Part shown: positions 1 to 9,430 of the stretch, one piece after another | Layout: each line of letters opens with the position of its first letter | Numbering within the stretch: the stretch's first letter is position 1 | DNA from: a bacterium | GTDB lineage: Bacteria; CG2-30-53-67; CG2-30-70-394 | Length of the DNA stretch: 64,000 nucleotides | Assembly: GCA_036393335.1 (NCBI GenBank) | Contig: DASWHD010000135.1 | Span: forward strand, 14,405-78,404 | Direction of reading: 5' to 3' | Made by a program: the position numbers and the translations under genes | The notes under the pieces: model-generated | What the model was told of the DNA's origin: nothing | The model's input: only the letters and a program-made list of their open reading frames with translations | Database searches by the model: none

Positions 1-99
1 CCACCCCGGTCTACGTCCTCTCCGCGGGCCCGGACGGGGTCCTCCAGACCTCCGCAGGCGGGTTGCTCTCGGGGGACGACATCGGCTTCCGGATCCAGT
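1..99 (+). CDS. 3' end of an upstream gene (partial; ...DDIGFRIQ*)
   Basis: Open frame from the window edge to TAA at 97-99; its GC3-rich codon usage is continuous with the following genes. No domain can be assigned from 32 aa. Confidence 0.3.
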
Positions 100-112
100 A
101 AAGGGGGGAGAC

Positions 113-1819
113 GTGGGCCGGCGCCCGGCGGGACCAACGCCTCGTCCCGACAAGCCTCTCGCGACCGGGCCGTCGCTGCCGCTCGGGGAGCGGTTGGTCG
201 AGGCGGGTCACATCACCCGCGCGCAGCTCGCGGTCGCGCTGCGCGAGCAGCGGCGCACCGGGGATCTGCTTGGCAAGGTCCTGATCAACCTGGGCTTTGT
301 CACCGAGGAGGGCATCGAGACCAGCCTGGCCCAGGAGGCGGGGAGCATCCGCCGCCGGTTGGAGTTTCTCGACCTCGACCCGGCGGTGGTGCGACTGGTC
401 CCGGAAGAGATCGCGCGACGCTACACCCTCCTGCCGGTCGGGATGGAGGACGGGGTGTTGCAGGTGGCGATGGCGGACACCTTCGACGTGGTGGCCATCG
501 GCGCGGTGGAGCACGCCACCAGCCTGCCGGTCGACGTGGTGTCGGCGGCGCGCCGGGAGATCGAAATCGCCCTCGATCGCTACTTCCAGAGGGAGGTCTC
601 GCTGGAGGAGGTCACCGAGGAGGTCCTGAGCTACATCGCCCGCGATCAGGAGGCCGTCGAGCAGGGCACGGTCACGCCGCTGATCCGCCTGGTCGACCAG
701 CTCCTGCACAGCGCCATCGACAGTCGCGCCACCGACATCCACGTCGAGCCCGAGGCGCGCGTGTTGCGGGTGCGCTATCGCAATGACGGCCTGTTGCGGC
801 AGGTGGCGGTGCTGCCGGCGCAGATCAGCCGCGGTGTCGTCGCGCGGCTGAAGATCCTCGCCGATCTCAACATCGCCGAGTGCCGCCTGCCCCAGGACGG
901 GCGCATCTCGATCCCGATCGCGGGACGCAACGTGGACCTGCGGGTCTCGACGCTGCCGACCATTTATGGCGAGAACGTGGTGATCCGCATCCTCGACCAG
1001 TCGGGGGTGGTGCTGTCGCTCGACCAGCTCGGTCTCAGCCCGGATCACATGCGGGTGTTCGAGGAATTGATTGCGCGTCCGAACGGCATCCTCCTGGTGA
1101 CCGGCCCGACGGGCTCCGGCAAGACCACCACCCTGTACACGGCGCTCAACGCCCTCAACTCGATGGAGCGGTCGATCGCCACCCTGGAAGATCCAGTGGA
1201 ATATCGCCTGCCCATCGTGCGCCAGACCCAGGTTAATCCAACGGTCGGCATGACCTTCGGCGCCGGCTTGCGCGCCGTCCTGCGCCAGGACCCGGACGTC
1301 ATCCTGGTCGGCGAGATGCGCGATCAGGAGACCGCCGAGCTGGCGGTCAGGGCCGCGCTCACCGGCCACGCGGTCTTTTCCTCGCTGCACACCAACGACG
1401 CCGCGGGCGCCCTACCGCGGATCATCGACATGGGCATCGCGCCGTACCTGGTCGCCTCCTCGGTGAACGGCGTCATCGCCCAGCGCTTGGTGCGCCTGAC
1501 CTGCAACCACTGCAAGGAGCCGTACGAGATGCGCCGGGAGGAGCTGGCGCCCTTCGGCCTGGAGGACGCCGCCGGGTTTACCTTCTATCGCGGTGTCGGC
1601 TGTGACGCGTGTCACGGCAGCGGCTACCGCGGCCGGGCGGCGATCTTCGAGCTGTTGGTGGTGGACGATGGCATCCGCGCCTTGGTGCACGAGCAGGCGA
1701 GCAGCGCCCAGATCCGCAAGGCGGCGGAGGAGGCCGGCATGGCGGTGATGCGCCAGGATGGGATGCAGAAGGCCCTGGTCGGAATGACCACCCTGGAAGA
1801 GGTCTTCCGCGTGACGTAA
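113..1819 (+). CDS. gspE: Type II secretion / type IV pilus assembly ATPase (GspE/PilB family)
   Basis: GTG start preceded by the RBS AAGGGGGGAG. N-terminal T2SSE_N-like domain, Walker A GPTGSGKTTT, Asp/His boxes, and a C-terminal tetracysteine pair (CNHC...CDAC) typical of GspE/PilB. Confidence 0.9.
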   Translation: MGRRPAGPTPRPDKPLATGPSLPLGERLVEAGHITRAQLAVALREQRRTGDLLGKVLINLGFVTEEGIETSLAQEAGSIRRRLEFLDLDPAVVRLVPEEIARRYTLLPVGMEDGVLQVAMADTFDVVAIGAVEHATSLPVDVVSAARREIEIALDRYFQREVSLEEVTEEVLSYIARDQEAVEQGTVTPLIRLVDQLLHSAIDSRATDIHVEPEARVLRVRYRNDGLLRQVAVLPAQISRGVVARLKILADLNIAECRLPQDGRISIPIAGRNVDLRVSTLPTIYGENVVIRILDQSGVVLSLDQLGLSPDHMRVFEELIARPNGILLVTGPTGSGKTTTLYTALNALNSMERSIATLEDPVEYRLPIVRQTQVNPTVGMTFGAGLRAVLRQDPDVILVGEMRDQETAELAVRAALTGHAVFSSLHTNDAAGALPRIIDMGIAPYLVASSVNGVIAQRLVRLTCNHCKEPYEMRREELAPFGLEDAAGFTFYRGVGCDACHGSGYRGRAAIFELLVVDDGIRALVHEQASSAQIRKAAEEAGMAVMRQDGMQKALVGMTTLEEVFRVT

Positions 1820-1903
1820 GGCGCGAAGCTCGCAGCTCGATCGAAAACAACGGAATCATTAGTCCGACGAGCGAATTGTTAACCGCTGACCGCTATCCCA
1901 TCC

Positions 1904-3097
1904 ATGGCTTACTTTCAGTATCAGGCGACCTCTCTGGATGGCCAGACCCGGCAAGGCCTCATGGAGGCCAACGACGAGGGCGAGCTCTATCGGCGTCTGC
2001 GCGAGGCGGACCTGTTTCTCCTCCGGGCCCGGCCCGCCAGAGCCAAGCGGATCGACCGCTCCGTGCGGCTGAATCGCAAGGAGCGGCTGGAGATCAGCCA
2101 CCACCTCGCGACGGTGCTCGTTGCCGGCATCGGCATCCTCACGGCCCTGGAGGACTTGGCGAACCACGTGGCGCCCCGCCATCGCCAGATGGTCGCGACC
2201 CTGGCGGATCGGGTGCGCGGGGGCGACGATCTGTCCGCCGCCATGAACCTGTTCCCCGACGCCTTCCCCGAGACCTTCGTCCGGGTGATCGAGGCGGGGG
2301 AGGCGACCGGCAGCCTGGCCGAGCGCTTCCAGGATCTGGTGGCGGACCTGGAGTGGCAAGTCGAGCTGCGCCGCCTGGTGCGTAAGGCGACCGTCTATCC
2401 CATCACCGTGGTGGTGGCGTTGGTCGGGCTGGTGGCCCTGATTCTCACGGTGGTGGTGCCGCAGTTCGCGTCGGTGTTCGAGCAAGTGGGGGTAGAGCTG
2501 CCGCTCCCGACCCGGGTGGTGATGGTCACCAGCCGCTTTGTCGCCGGTCACGCGACAATCCTGGGCGGCGGCGTCGCGGCATTGGTCGTCGGGGTGTGGA
2601 TGCTGCGGCGTTTCAGCCGCGGGCGGTACCTGCTCGACCGGCTTCTCTTGTCGTTACCCGTGCTCGGTGGGTTGCGGGCGAAACTGGCGGTGGCGATGGC
2701 GGCCCATCTCCTCGGCCTCCTGTATCGCGCCGGTGTGGGCTTATTGAAGGCGCTCCAGATCACCTCAGGGGTGGTCGCGTCGCCGGTCTATCAGTCGGCG
2801 TTGCGGCGTGCGGGAGAGCGGGTGCGGGAGGGGGCGACCCTGTCCGAGGCCCTGGGCAGCAGCGGCTGCTTCCCGTCGCTGTTTCTGCGCATGGTGCAGG
2901 TGGGCGAGAGTACCGGCGACCTCGATACCACCCTGGCGCGCGTCAATCGCTACTTCCGTGCCGAGGTGCCACGGACGGTGGAGATGTCCCTGGCCGTGCT
3001 CCAGCCGACATTGTTGGCGATCCTCGGTGCCGTGGTCGGGGGCGTGGCCCTGTCGGTCTTTTTGCCGATGTACCGCATGATGGACGTGATCCAATGA
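1904..3097 (+). CDS. gspF: Inner-membrane platform protein GspF/PilC family
   Basis: 397 aa with two T2SS-F domains (repeated GE(A/S)TG motif) and three predicted TM segments; directly downstream of the ATPase. Confidence 0.9.
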   Translation: MAYFQYQATSLDGQTRQGLMEANDEGELYRRLREADLFLLRARPARAKRIDRSVRLNRKERLEISHHLATVLVAGIGILTALEDLANHVAPRHRQMVATLADRVRGGDDLSAAMNLFPDAFPETFVRVIEAGEATGSLAERFQDLVADLEWQVELRRLVRKATVYPITVVVALVGLVALILTVVVPQFASVFEQVGVELPLPTRVVMVTSRFVAGHATILGGGVAALVVGVWMLRRFSRGRYLLDRLLLSLPVLGGLRAKLAVAMAAHLLGLLYRAGVGLLKALQITSGVVASPVYQSALRRAGERVREGATLSEALGSSGCFPSLFLRMVQVGESTGDLDTTLARVNRYFRAEVPRTVEMSLAVLQPTLLAILGAVVGGVALSVFLPMYRMMDVIQ

Positions 3098-4686
3098 GCG
3101 CCGTCCGGCGGTCTACCGGCCGCCTCGTACGGCGCCAGAGATCCGCATACCACCTGAGCGTGGTGGTGACCCGGGGTCGGGGCCTGATTGCCGAGCTGGA
3201 GATCGGCGCCCGCGGCCCACGGCCGGTACGGGCGGTGCCCTTCCTCTTCGCCAAGGACGACTGGCAATCGCTCCGCGCGGCGCTGCACGACGCGGTCCGC
3301 GGTGGCGGCTGGCGTGCCCGGCAGGTCTCCTTCGCCCTCGGTGGCGATGGCGTGCGCCACGGCGTGGTGGAGGTGCCGTTGTTGCCCGACAGTAAGTTGG
3401 ACCGCCTCTTGACCCACGAGGCGGCGGCATTGGCCGGGGCCACGGAGGAGGCGGCGCCCATCACCGGCTACACGTGGGGCTACCACCGCTATCCGTCCGC
3501 AGGGGGCGCGCAACAGGTGTTGCTCGCCCTCGCCGACCGGCAATTGGTTGACGCAGCGGTCGCCGCCGTGGTCGACGCGGGCCTCATGCCGGCGCGCGCT
3601 ACGACCATCGAGATCGCCGGCCTGCAACGCCTCCTGCGAGACGATGTGTTTGCCGAGAGCGGTCTGGTGGCACACGTGGCCGTCGACGACGAGGAGACAT
3701 CGTTCACCGTCTTCGACGGGGAGCGCCTGGTTTTCAACCGCGCCCTCCTGCGCGGTTTCCGACCCATGGGGGGAGCGAGCGGCACGGTGGGGCCGGAGGA
3801 GAGGGCGGCCCTGGAACGACTGGCGCTGGAGCTGCAGCGCACCACCCTGTACATCAAGCGGGAGATGCGCCGTCCCGTGGAGTTGATGGTCATCGGCGGC
3901 ATCCCGCGCGCGGCCCAGGCGGCACGGGAGGTGATCGCGGAGCACCTGCGGCTGCCGCTCGCGTGGGAGAGCCTGCCGCCGGAAGGCATGCAGGCGGAAG
4001 CCGCCGCCGAAGTGCTCTACCTGGCGGCCGTCGGCGCCGCCCTCTCGGGGAGGTCCATCGTCGCCATCGATCTGCTCCCACACCGCTCCTTCGACGAACG
4101 CCACCCATGGGTCGGCTGGGAGGCGGTCGCGGCCGGGGTGGCGCTCTGGGTTGGCGCCGGGGCATGGGTTGGTGGGGAGCTTGCGGCGCTTCGGGGTCAG
4201 ACCACGGTGGCGGCGGCGCGGCTTGCCGGGCTGCAGGAGCGTTACCAACCGACGTCGCGGGTGATCGACGGGGCGTATCGTGAATTGCAGGACCGTCGCG
4301 CGGAGATCGACCGCTACCTGCGGGCCGCCGGACCCAGCCACGCTCCCCTAACCCCCACCGCGGCGATGGCGATTCTCGGCGCCGGATTGCCGGGTGACGT
4401 GGTGCTCCTCGACTGCCTGCTGGAACGGGTTGGCCAGGCGTGGTGGTGCACCCTGCGCGGGGCACTGGTGGTCGCCAGTCGTGCCGCCGCCGAACGGAGC
4501 TACCAGAATCTCCTCACCCACCTGGAACGCTCTCCCTACGTCACCTTGGAGATAACCGGGCGGGAGCGCGTGCCGCCCACCTCCGGGCGTGCCGGCAAGG
4601 TTAATCTGGCCCGGGACGTCGATGGCGGCTCCATCTACCCCTTCGAGATCACTTGCCATCTGGCGGTGCCGGGAGAGGGGCGATGA
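3094..4686 (+). CDS. GspL-like protein: a fusion of PilM-like (actin-like, cytoplasmic), a TM helix and a PilN-like periplasmic domain
   Basis: ATGA overlap with gspF. The N-terminal ~340 aa resemble PilM/GspL-cyto. A single TM segment (WEAVAAGVALWVGAGAWVGG) is followed by a periplasmic domain. The real start is the internal Met of the 696-aa ORF. Confidence 0.65.
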   Translation: MSAVRRSTGRLVRRQRSAYHLSVVVTRGRGLIAELEIGARGPRPVRAVPFLFAKDDWQSLRAALHDAVRGGGWRARQVSFALGGDGVRHGVVEVPLLPDSKLDRLLTHEAAALAGATEEAAPITGYTWGYHRYPSAGGAQQVLLALADRQLVDAAVAAVVDAGLMPARATTIEIAGLQRLLRDDVFAESGLVAHVAVDDEETSFTVFDGERLVFNRALLRGFRPMGGASGTVGPEERAALERLALELQRTTLYIKREMRRPVELMVIGGIPRAAQAAREVIAEHLRLPLAWESLPPEGMQAEAAAEVLYLAAVGAALSGRSIVAIDLLPHRSFDERHPWVGWEAVAAGVALWVGAGAWVGGELAALRGQTTVAAARLAGLQERYQPTSRVIDGAYRELQDRRAEIDRYLRAAGPSHAPLTPTAAMAILGAGLPGDVVLLDCLLERVGQAWWCTLRGALVVASRAAAERSYQNLLTHLERSPYVTLEITGRERVPPTSGRAGKVNLARDVDGGSIYPFEITCHLAVPGEGR

Positions 4687-5264
4687 TCACCCTGCGTATA
4701 CCCGCGCTGCGCCGCCGTTGGGTGAGGCTCGTCGTGGCGGCAACGCTCCCCTGTCTCCTGGCCGGAACGTTCTACGGTCTGGCCGTCCAGCCGGTCATCC
4801 ACGGCGGCAAGCGGGTGATGGCGAGCTGGAATGGCATCGTCGACGCGTTAGGGGGGACGGTCCAACGCAGCCACGCAATCGCAGGCGGCAGCCTCAGGGA
4901 GGTGGCAGTCTGCGCCAAGTGGATCGAACAACGGGTGCCGGCGACCGTGGCGCCGGCGGCCTTCCTGGAGGAGCTGCGAGAGATCGGCGCCGAGTTGGGA
5001 ATCGAGCGCTTCGAGTACCACAGCGGCACCGCCAGGGCGATCGGCGACACGGGTTACCGGGCCGATCCGATCGAGGTGCGCATCGTCGCACCGTACGCGG
5101 TGCTCCTCGCCTTCTGGCAGCGCATCGAACCCATGGACCGGCCGCTGGCGTGGACGACCTTGCGCCTGCGCCGCTACGGTGGCGGCGTCGCCGCGACCTT
5201 CGTCATCGAGCTCTTGTCGCGCCCCGCGGTCGCCGCGGACGGTCCCGCCGGAGGGGTGAGGTGA
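4683..5264 (+). CDS. PilO/GspM-like bitopic membrane protein
   Basis: ATGA overlap with the upstream gene; N-terminal TM segment (LVVAATLPCLLAGTFYGLAV) followed by a ~150 aa periplasmic domain. The assignment rests on position in the cluster. Confidence 0.45.
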   Translation: MITLRIPALRRRWVRLVVAATLPCLLAGTFYGLAVQPVIHGGKRVMASWNGIVDALGGTVQRSHAIAGGSLREVAVCAKWIEQRVPATVAPAAFLEELREIGAELGIERFEYHSGTARAIGDTGYRADPIEVRIVAPYAVLLAFWQRIEPMDRPLAWTTLRLRRYGGGVAATFVIELLSRPAVAADGPAGGVR

Positions 5265-5824
5265 GCGGCATTCCGCGCCCGGTGGTTATTGCCGCACTGG
5301 TGGCACTCGCCACCGCCGCAGTGGTGCGTAACGTGATCTTCTTCGGGGGCTACGGGAGCGACCGCGTGAGGCCGGCGAGCTCGACCGATGGTTCGCTGGC
5401 CGCGGTGGTTGTACCGAAGGTGGGGAGCGGGGTGGCGATACAGGGAGGGGCCGGGGGACCCCCGTCGGCTACGCCACCCGAGCGACGCCTCGCGGCGTTG
5501 CTGCGGAGTGCGCCAGTCGTGCCGGCGGATGCGGCATCGGCGCGGGACCCCTTCCACCTACCGCCACCCCCGCCACCGGCGCGACCCCAGGAGATCGCCA
5601 CCCCACCTAAACCGGGGACGCCCGAGTTGCGCATCCTCCTGACCTCGGAGAAGCGTCAGGTCGCGATGGTCGACGGGCACATCGTAGCGCCGGGCGATCG
5701 GGTCCGAGGCCGGCGGGTCGCCGAGATCACCGCCGAGGGCCTGCGCCTCGTTGGCAGGGGCGGGGAGACGCGGATTGAGTTGCCACTCCTGCCAACCGAT
5801 CTAGCGGACGATGAACAACGTTGA
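5261..5824 (+). CDS. PilP/GspC-like protein (N-terminal TM/lipo segment, Pro-rich linker, C-terminal PilP/HR-type beta domain)
   Basis: GTGA overlap start. The C-terminus (ILLTSEKRQVAMVDGHIVAPGDRVRGRRVAEITAEGLRLV) matches the PilP / GspC HR domain pattern. It sits directly upstream of the secretin. Confidence 0.5.
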   Translation: MSGIPRPVVIAALVALATAAVVRNVIFFGGYGSDRVRPASSTDGSLAAVVVPKVGSGVAIQGGAGGPPSATPPERRLAALLRSAPVVPADAASARDPFHLPPPPPPARPQEIATPPKPGTPELRILLTSEKRQVAMVDGHIVAPGDRVRGRRVAEITAEGLRLVGRGGETRIELPLLPTDLADDEQR

Positions 5825-7424
5825 AGCCATACGGGTGACATTTGTCACCCTCGCCGCCGGTGCGGTGCTGGCAGCATGCGCGCATGGCCCGGCCGGGCCG
5901 GCCCCGGCGCTTCCGGTGTTGGCGCCGCCGCACGTCGAACCGCAGGTATTGCAGGTGATCGACGTCGTCGCGGTCGAGCCAGAGCCCGGGCCGGAGCGGT
6001 TCACCCTGGCGGTGACGGACGCGGACCTCGCCGAGGTGCTGATGGTCCTGGCGAAGGATGCATCGTTCTCCGTCACCCTCGCCCCCGGCGTGCACGGGCG
6101 GGTGACCGGCGACCTCAAGGCGGTGACCCTCAGCGAGGCCCTGGACGCCCTGCTCGAGCCCTTGGGGTATGCCTACCGCATCGCGGGGGAACGGGTGCAC
6201 GTGTTCCCGCCCGGCGTGATGACCCGCACCTTCTATCTCGACTATCTGAACGCCAAGCGCGGCGGCAACACGACCCTGACCATCAGCGCCGGGGCGGGCG
6301 ACGGTGTGGGCGTGGGCGGACATGCGAGCTCTTCCATCAGCCGCAGCGTCGACGTCGACCTCTGGGACGAGGTGGCAACGGGGTTACAGACGGTGATCAC
6401 CTCGGGAGGGACGGCGGCCGGTGCTGTGACCCAGGTGGTGATCAATCGCCAGGCCGGCACCCTTCTGGTGACGGCGCACCCGCCGGTGATGGAGCGGGTC
6501 GCCGCGTACCTGGACGAGATCCAGCGCTCCATCGTTCGGCAGGTGATGATCGAGGCGAAGATCATCGAGGTGCAGCTCTCCGACGGCTTCAAGATGGGGG
6601 TGGACTGGGCGGCCATCCCGGGCATGGCCGGGGGGTTCACCGGCAACCTTACCGGTGGGATCGCCGACAGCCTCGGCCTGCGGCCCAGCCTCAGTCAGGA
6701 CCTCGGCGGTAGCAACACGGCGTTTCGCTTTGGCGCCACCTCCCACGACCTCACCCTTCTCCTGGATGCCATCGCTACCCAGGGACAGGTGCGGGTCCTG
6801 TCGAGCCCGCGTATCGCGGCGCTGAACAACCAGCCCGCAGTGATCAAGGTGGCACAGGAGCAGACCTTCTTCTCCGTAGACCGCCAGACCAACATCGATG
6901 CCGGGGTGCAGCAGGACAATTTCAGCGTGGACAAGGAGAAGTTTACCATTGGCATCGTGCTCGACATCCTGCCGCGCATCGCGGCGGACGGCACGGTGGT
7001 GATGAACGTCCACCCGAGCGTCACGGAGTTCGTCGCGGAGAAGGTGTTCCCACCCACTGCCAGGGGCGATCAGGTGCTCGCCAATGCCCCCATCCTCGAC
7101 GTGCGGGAGATGGACACCGTGGTCCGCGTGCACGATGGCGAGACTCTGGTGATCGCCGGCCTGATGCGCGAGGAGGATCACGAGCAGATCAGCGCCGTAC
7201 CAGTGCTGGGAGCGATCCCGTTTCTCGGCACCCTGTTTCGCAACACGGACCAGCAGCGCCGTAACTCGGAGCTGGTGATCTTCCTCACGCCGCACGTGAT
7301 CGACGAGGCGACCGACCTCGCGGCGGCGTCGCCGCTCAGCGAGCGGCGGTCGAGCTACCACCTGGGCGGCAAGGCGACGCGCTTCGGGGTGGAGGCGGAG
7401 ACCGAGCTGCGGGGGTGGCGATGA
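5811..7424 (+). CDS. Secretin (PilQ/GspD family), predicted lipoprotein
   Basis: Lipobox LAAC near the N-terminus; secretin_N-like repeats; conserved C-terminal secretin domain (LLDAIATQGQVRVLSSPRIAALNNQPAVIKV...LVIFLTPHVI). Confidence 0.85.
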   Translation: MNNVEAIRVTFVTLAAGAVLAACAHGPAGPAPALPVLAPPHVEPQVLQVIDVVAVEPEPGPERFTLAVTDADLAEVLMVLAKDASFSVTLAPGVHGRVTGDLKAVTLSEALDALLEPLGYAYRIAGERVHVFPPGVMTRTFYLDYLNAKRGGNTTLTISAGAGDGVGVGGHASSSISRSVDVDLWDEVATGLQTVITSGGTAAGAVTQVVINRQAGTLLVTAHPPVMERVAAYLDEIQRSIVRQVMIEAKIIEVQLSDGFKMGVDWAAIPGMAGGFTGNLTGGIADSLGLRPSLSQDLGGSNTAFRFGATSHDLTLLLDAIATQGQVRVLSSPRIAALNNQPAVIKVAQEQTFFSVDRQTNIDAGVQQDNFSVDKEKFTIGIVLDILPRIAADGTVVMNVHPSVTEFVAEKVFPPTARGDQVLANAPILDVREMDTVVRVHDGETLVIAGLMREEDHEQISAVPVLGAIPFLGTLFRNTDQQRRNSELVIFLTPHVIDEATDLAAASPLSERRSSYHLGGKATRFGVEAETELRGWR

Positions 7425-8422
7425 CGACGGCCCGCGAATATCCCAAAAGGATGATCCGGAGTACTCGACAGACCCTGCTGGCTGGGGCGGTCTTCGCATC
7501 TGTTGGGTGGTCCGGGCCAATCGCGGCCGGAGGCGTGGCCGGTGACCTGGACGCCCTGGTCGAGGAGTTGCAAGCCGGCAACCGGTCCGCATACGAGGTG
7601 TTTCCGCCGTTACCGCCGGTCCGCGAAGTTGAACGGTCACCCGCCGGGGGCAAGGTGGTGGCGCCCACCGAAGGCACCGCCGGGACCATGCAGCCCATTG
7701 TCACAGGCGCTGGCAGCGAGCCGGCTGCAAGTAGCCGGCCGACGGTTCGTGCTCGAGTCTTCAGGAATGGCGAGGCGAGTGGCAGCAAGGCCCTGGCGGC
7801 GGACCTCATCCGTCGCGGTACTGAGGCCCTGGACGCCGGGGCGAACGAGCGCGCCGTGCGTCTGCTGCGGGAGGGAGTGAAGCTCGACCCGGGCCATGTT
7901 CCGGGCTACACGAACCTCGGCGCGGCGTTGTTGCAGGCGGGTCGACCCGGGGAGGCGGTCGCGACCCTGGAGACGGCGGTGGCCCTGGATCCCGACCAGG
8001 CGGCGGGTTGGAACAATCTCGCCGTGGCCGAATGGCGCAGCGGTTCGTTCGCTGCGGCGCGCGAGCACTTTCTTCGTGCCGCGGCATTGGACCCCGGTGC
8101 GGCGTCGGCGCTGGTGAACCTCGCCCTTCTGCAATCCCAGCACGGCGATCGCGAGGGCTCGCTGCTCACGCTCCGGCGCGCCCTGGCACGGCCCAACGTG
8201 CCACCCCAGGCCCACCTGCAGTTGGCATTCGCCCTGGAGAGGGCCGGACGCCCGACGGAGGCGGCGTCCCATCTGGAAATCTATCTTGCGACGGCGGTGC
8301 TCCCGGAGCCCGGGCTTGGGAAACGCCTCCAGGCCCATCTGCGAGAGCTACGCACGGCGCCCATGGAGTCCCCCCTCGCGGGCGATCGCCTGCGCAGCCG
8401 GGGCATAGTGAGCGACGATTGA
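7421..8422 (+). CDS. TPR-repeat protein with signal peptide (candidate pilotin/PilF-like accessory)
   Basis: Overlaps the secretin stop. Signal-like N-terminus, then >=4 TPR units (e.g. LGAALLQAGRPGEAVATLETAVALDP). Start could be GTG 7415, ATG 7421 or ATG 7451. Confidence 0.65.
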   Translation: MTTAREYPKRMIRSTRQTLLAGAVFASVGWSGPIAAGGVAGDLDALVEELQAGNRSAYEVFPPLPPVREVERSPAGGKVVAPTEGTAGTMQPIVTGAGSEPAASSRPTVRARVFRNGEASGSKALAADLIRRGTEALDAGANERAVRLLREGVKLDPGHVPGYTNLGAALLQAGRPGEAVATLETAVALDPDQAAGWNNLAVAEWRSGSFAAAREHFLRAAALDPGAASALVNLALLQSQHGDREGSLLTLRRALARPNVPPQAHLQLAFALERAGRPTEAASHLEIYLATAVLPEPGLGKRLQAHLRELRTAPMESPLAGDRLRSRGIVSDD

Positions 8423-8534
8423 CGCCCCTCCACCCCTCTCCCCTGCATTTCTCGGCCACGGTGAGCAGGACGGTTTCGTCCCCGCGACGTACCGTCGCGG
8501 TAGGTCCGCGGTGGGGCTCCCGCCCGGGCGTGGG

Positions 8535-8768
8535 CTACGCGAGCTGCAGCTCCTCCCGTGCCTTCTCCAGCACGTGGTCGAGCTCGCCCTTCAGGCGTTC
8601 CACCTCGGCCTGGAGCTCGTCGATGTCGTGGCACTCCGGGCAGATGAGGTTGTACCCCTGGGCATCGACGTGCACCGGGTTGACGTAAATGCTCGCCGTT
8701 GGATCCCCCCAGGTGGCGCCTTCGTGACGTTTGGAGATGACTAGGTGGAGGTTGTGGGACATGGCCAT
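8535..8768 (-). CDS. Small hypothetical protein (77 aa; one CPEC motif, C-terminal coiled coil)
   Basis: GC3-biased ORF in an otherwise empty gap; no recognisable family. Confidence 0.35.
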   Translation of the reverse strand: MAMSHNLHLVISKRHEGATWGDPTASIYVNPVHVDAQGYNLICPECHDIDELQAEVERLKGELDHVLEKAREELQLA

Positions 8769-8910
8769 CCTCTCTCGGTTGTCTCAGCAAAAGTATAGCC
8801 GGAGCGGGACGTCCCTCTTGCGCCGGTGGGTGACCAGCCAGCCGGGATCTGTTGAGGCCACCGGCGCGGGTCAGCGGGCGACGCGGAGAATGGCTGGCGG
8901 CCGAATGCGA

Positions 8911-9282
8911 TCAGCGCCCGGAAGACAATCCCGCAACCAGTCGCGGCAGATGCGCGGAGAGCTCGGACCGGGCGACCACCTTGTCGGCGCCGAGGGCGAG
9001 GGCGCGGCGAATGCCCTCGACGTTACCGTGGTTCGTGTAGGCGAGGACCGGTACCCGCACCTCGGGGTCTCCTTTCAGGCGCTCGATGATCTGCATGGCG
9101 TCGATGCGGCCGTTGTCGAGGTCGATGACCAGGCAGGCCGGCGTCCCATCGGCGAGCGCAGCGAAGATCTCCGCCGCGCTGCCCAGCTTCACCACGGTGT
9201 AGCCGTGTGGCTTCAGGGAGGCCTGAATCTTGGCGACAAAGAAAAGATCGGCGATGGCGGTGAGGACGACGGGGGCAGACAC
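8911..9282 (-). CDS. Single-domain response regulator (REC domain only)
   Basis: REC fold signatures are present (phospho-acceptor D in LVIDLDNG, T in AYTNHG, K in ADKVV). The N-terminal acidic pair is degenerate (AIAD). Confidence 0.7.
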   Translation of the reverse strand: MSAPVVLTAIADLFFVAKIQASLKPHGYTVVKLGSAAEIFAALADGTPACLVIDLDNGRIDAMQIIERLKGDPEVRVPVLAYTNHGNVEGIRRALALGADKVVARSELSAHLPRLVAGLSSGR

Positions 9283-9430
9283 GACTGGGCACCGGCGAGA
9301 TCGAGGGGGTACGCTAGGCAGGGCGGCGAATCAACGCAAGGCTGATGTCGGCCGACGCGCGTCGGGGTGTCTGGCCTGGTTTGGGCCGGGCATTCCACTG
9401 CCAGAGAGACGCTGCCACGCCACCCGCGTG

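Noticed and set aside
11-1390. 459-aa minus-strand ORF overlapping gspE, and similar long Arg/Pro/Gly-rich ORFs (2950-4341, 6384-7640, 17652-19214, 19990-20928, 47400-48845, 49136-50689, 43109-44119, and others)
   Set aside because: They lie antisense to, or frame-shifted on, clearly identifiable genes, have low-complexity R/P/G-rich composition typical of high-GC alternative frames, and contain no recognisable domains.
8535-8768. Zinc-ribbon protein
   Set aside because: Only one CxxC (CPEC) is present; a zinc ribbon needs two pairs. It is kept as a small hypothetical.
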